DNA of 55,345 nucleotides from a virus (Duplodnaviria; Caudoviricetes): IMG/VR virus record IMGVR_UViG_3300012952_000027, positions 1 to 55,345 of that record; one strand, 5' to 3'. Shown piece by piece: positions 54,707 to 55,345 of this stretch (position 1 is its first letter; each line of letters starts with the position of its first letter). The notes under the pieces were generated by a model. It saw only the letters and a program-made list of their open reading frames with translations, ran no database searches and was not told where the DNA came from. The position numbers and the translations under genes were made by a program.

Positions 54707-55345
54707 TTTTTTTTTTCGTTTTTTACTGCTTCTCTGATGAAGGATCTTAAGGTATCTTCATTGACTCTCGGATGGCTCGTAATTACACCAGCATCGCCTG
54801 TAACCTGCATGACAAAATCTTTAATATAATCTATGTCATCCTGACTAACATCTTCTAAACCTACTCCTGTACCATGAGGATACAGAGAATAAGAAAGATT
54901 AGGCTCAAATACAGCGTGATCCCCGAGAGAAGGCAGATAGGGTGAATCCTTTTTCATATCCTCTAAGTCAATTGACTCTTTAATAAAATCCTTTAGTAGT
55001 TTCTCTACAGACATCTCTTTTCTCCTTGTTTTATGTGTTTTTGTCTCAGCTTGTACTTCCTCTTCGGGTGATTGTTCCAAGGGAATAGAAGTTGCTGACG
55101 GGCTATTTGGATTAAACTGTTGAATATTTGACGTGTTAACATCGACAGTCGACTGATAGTAACCGCCTGCGTCAAACTGTGACGTTGCAACACCCTGATC
55201 ATACCAATATGCCTTTTGGGAATCCCAATCATCTATCATGTATGAAAGAAGTGCAATTCTTCTTGGAACAGCAGTAATAGGTCCTAGCTTTAAAATATCG
55301 CCAGCGACGCTGGCAAGGTCACTTCTTCCTGTGCCTGGTACAGCA
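54703..55345 (-). CDS. hypothetical virion-associated protein (5' end outside the window)
   Basis: Frame is open upstream of ATG 55239 to the window edge; contains EKLLKDFIKES and NEDTLRSFIREAV motifs; ends at A11-TAA. Confidence 0.7.
   Translation of the reverse strand, partial: AVPGTGRSDLASVAGDILKLGPITAVPRRIALLSYMIDDWDSQKAYWYDQGVATSQFDAGGYYQSTVDVNTSNIQQFNPNSPSATSIPLEQSPEEEVQAETKTHKTRRKEMSVEKLLKDFIKESIDLEDMKKDSPYLPSLGDHAVFEPNLSYSLYPHGTGVGLEDVSQDDIDYIKDFVMQVTGDAGVITSHPRVNEDTLRSFIREAVKNEKKK

Noticed and set aside
1-55345. Alternative genetic code or stop-codon reassignment
   Set aside because: Long genes are intact under code 11, and TAA, TAG and TGA all end genes at tightly packed boundaries.
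1-55345. tRNA genes or CRISPR array
   Set aside because: Intergenic gaps are short and AT-rich; no cloverleaf/T-loop pattern or regularly spaced repeat array was seen by eye. tRNAscan-SE would be the definitive check.

Overview
This 55 kb window is a gene-dense segment of a large tailed dsDNA bacteriophage. It uses the standard genetic code, has Shine-Dalgarno sites, and all credible genes but one lie on the minus strand. In the direction of transcription (right to left) it carries: (1) a replication/recombination block (gp32-like SSB, RecA/UvsX, 5'-3' exonuclease, DnaB-like helicase, class II RNR, ClpP-like protease); (2) an amidase endolysin and several Gly/Ser/Thr-rich virion proteins; (3) a repair and nucleotide-metabolism block (MBD4-like and Fpg/Nei glycosylases, two all-alpha NTP pyrophosphatases, atypical ThyX, NDT-family hydrolase, DnaE, a dNMP kinase fused to a thymidylate-synthase-like domain, NDP-sugar epimerase, GMPR/IMPDH, cupin, thymidine kinase, DHH phosphoesterase, sulfotransferase-like protein, dCMP deaminase); (4) a region of acidic proteins with SOD, a PCD-like protein, a holin/spanin-like cassette, a HIGH nucleotidyltransferase and a 1198-aa ligase-like/Pol-beta NTase/PD-(D/E)xK fusion. 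The strongest leads are a shared 'E-x-x-LR-x-x-IRE' helix on about 11 unrelated proteins (candidate capsid-packaging/processing tag), a candidate cytosine-modification pathway, and a probable -1 frameshift at an A11 run. No tRNA, rRNA, CRISPR array or intact mobile element was seen. All calls come from motif reading by eye; no database search was run.
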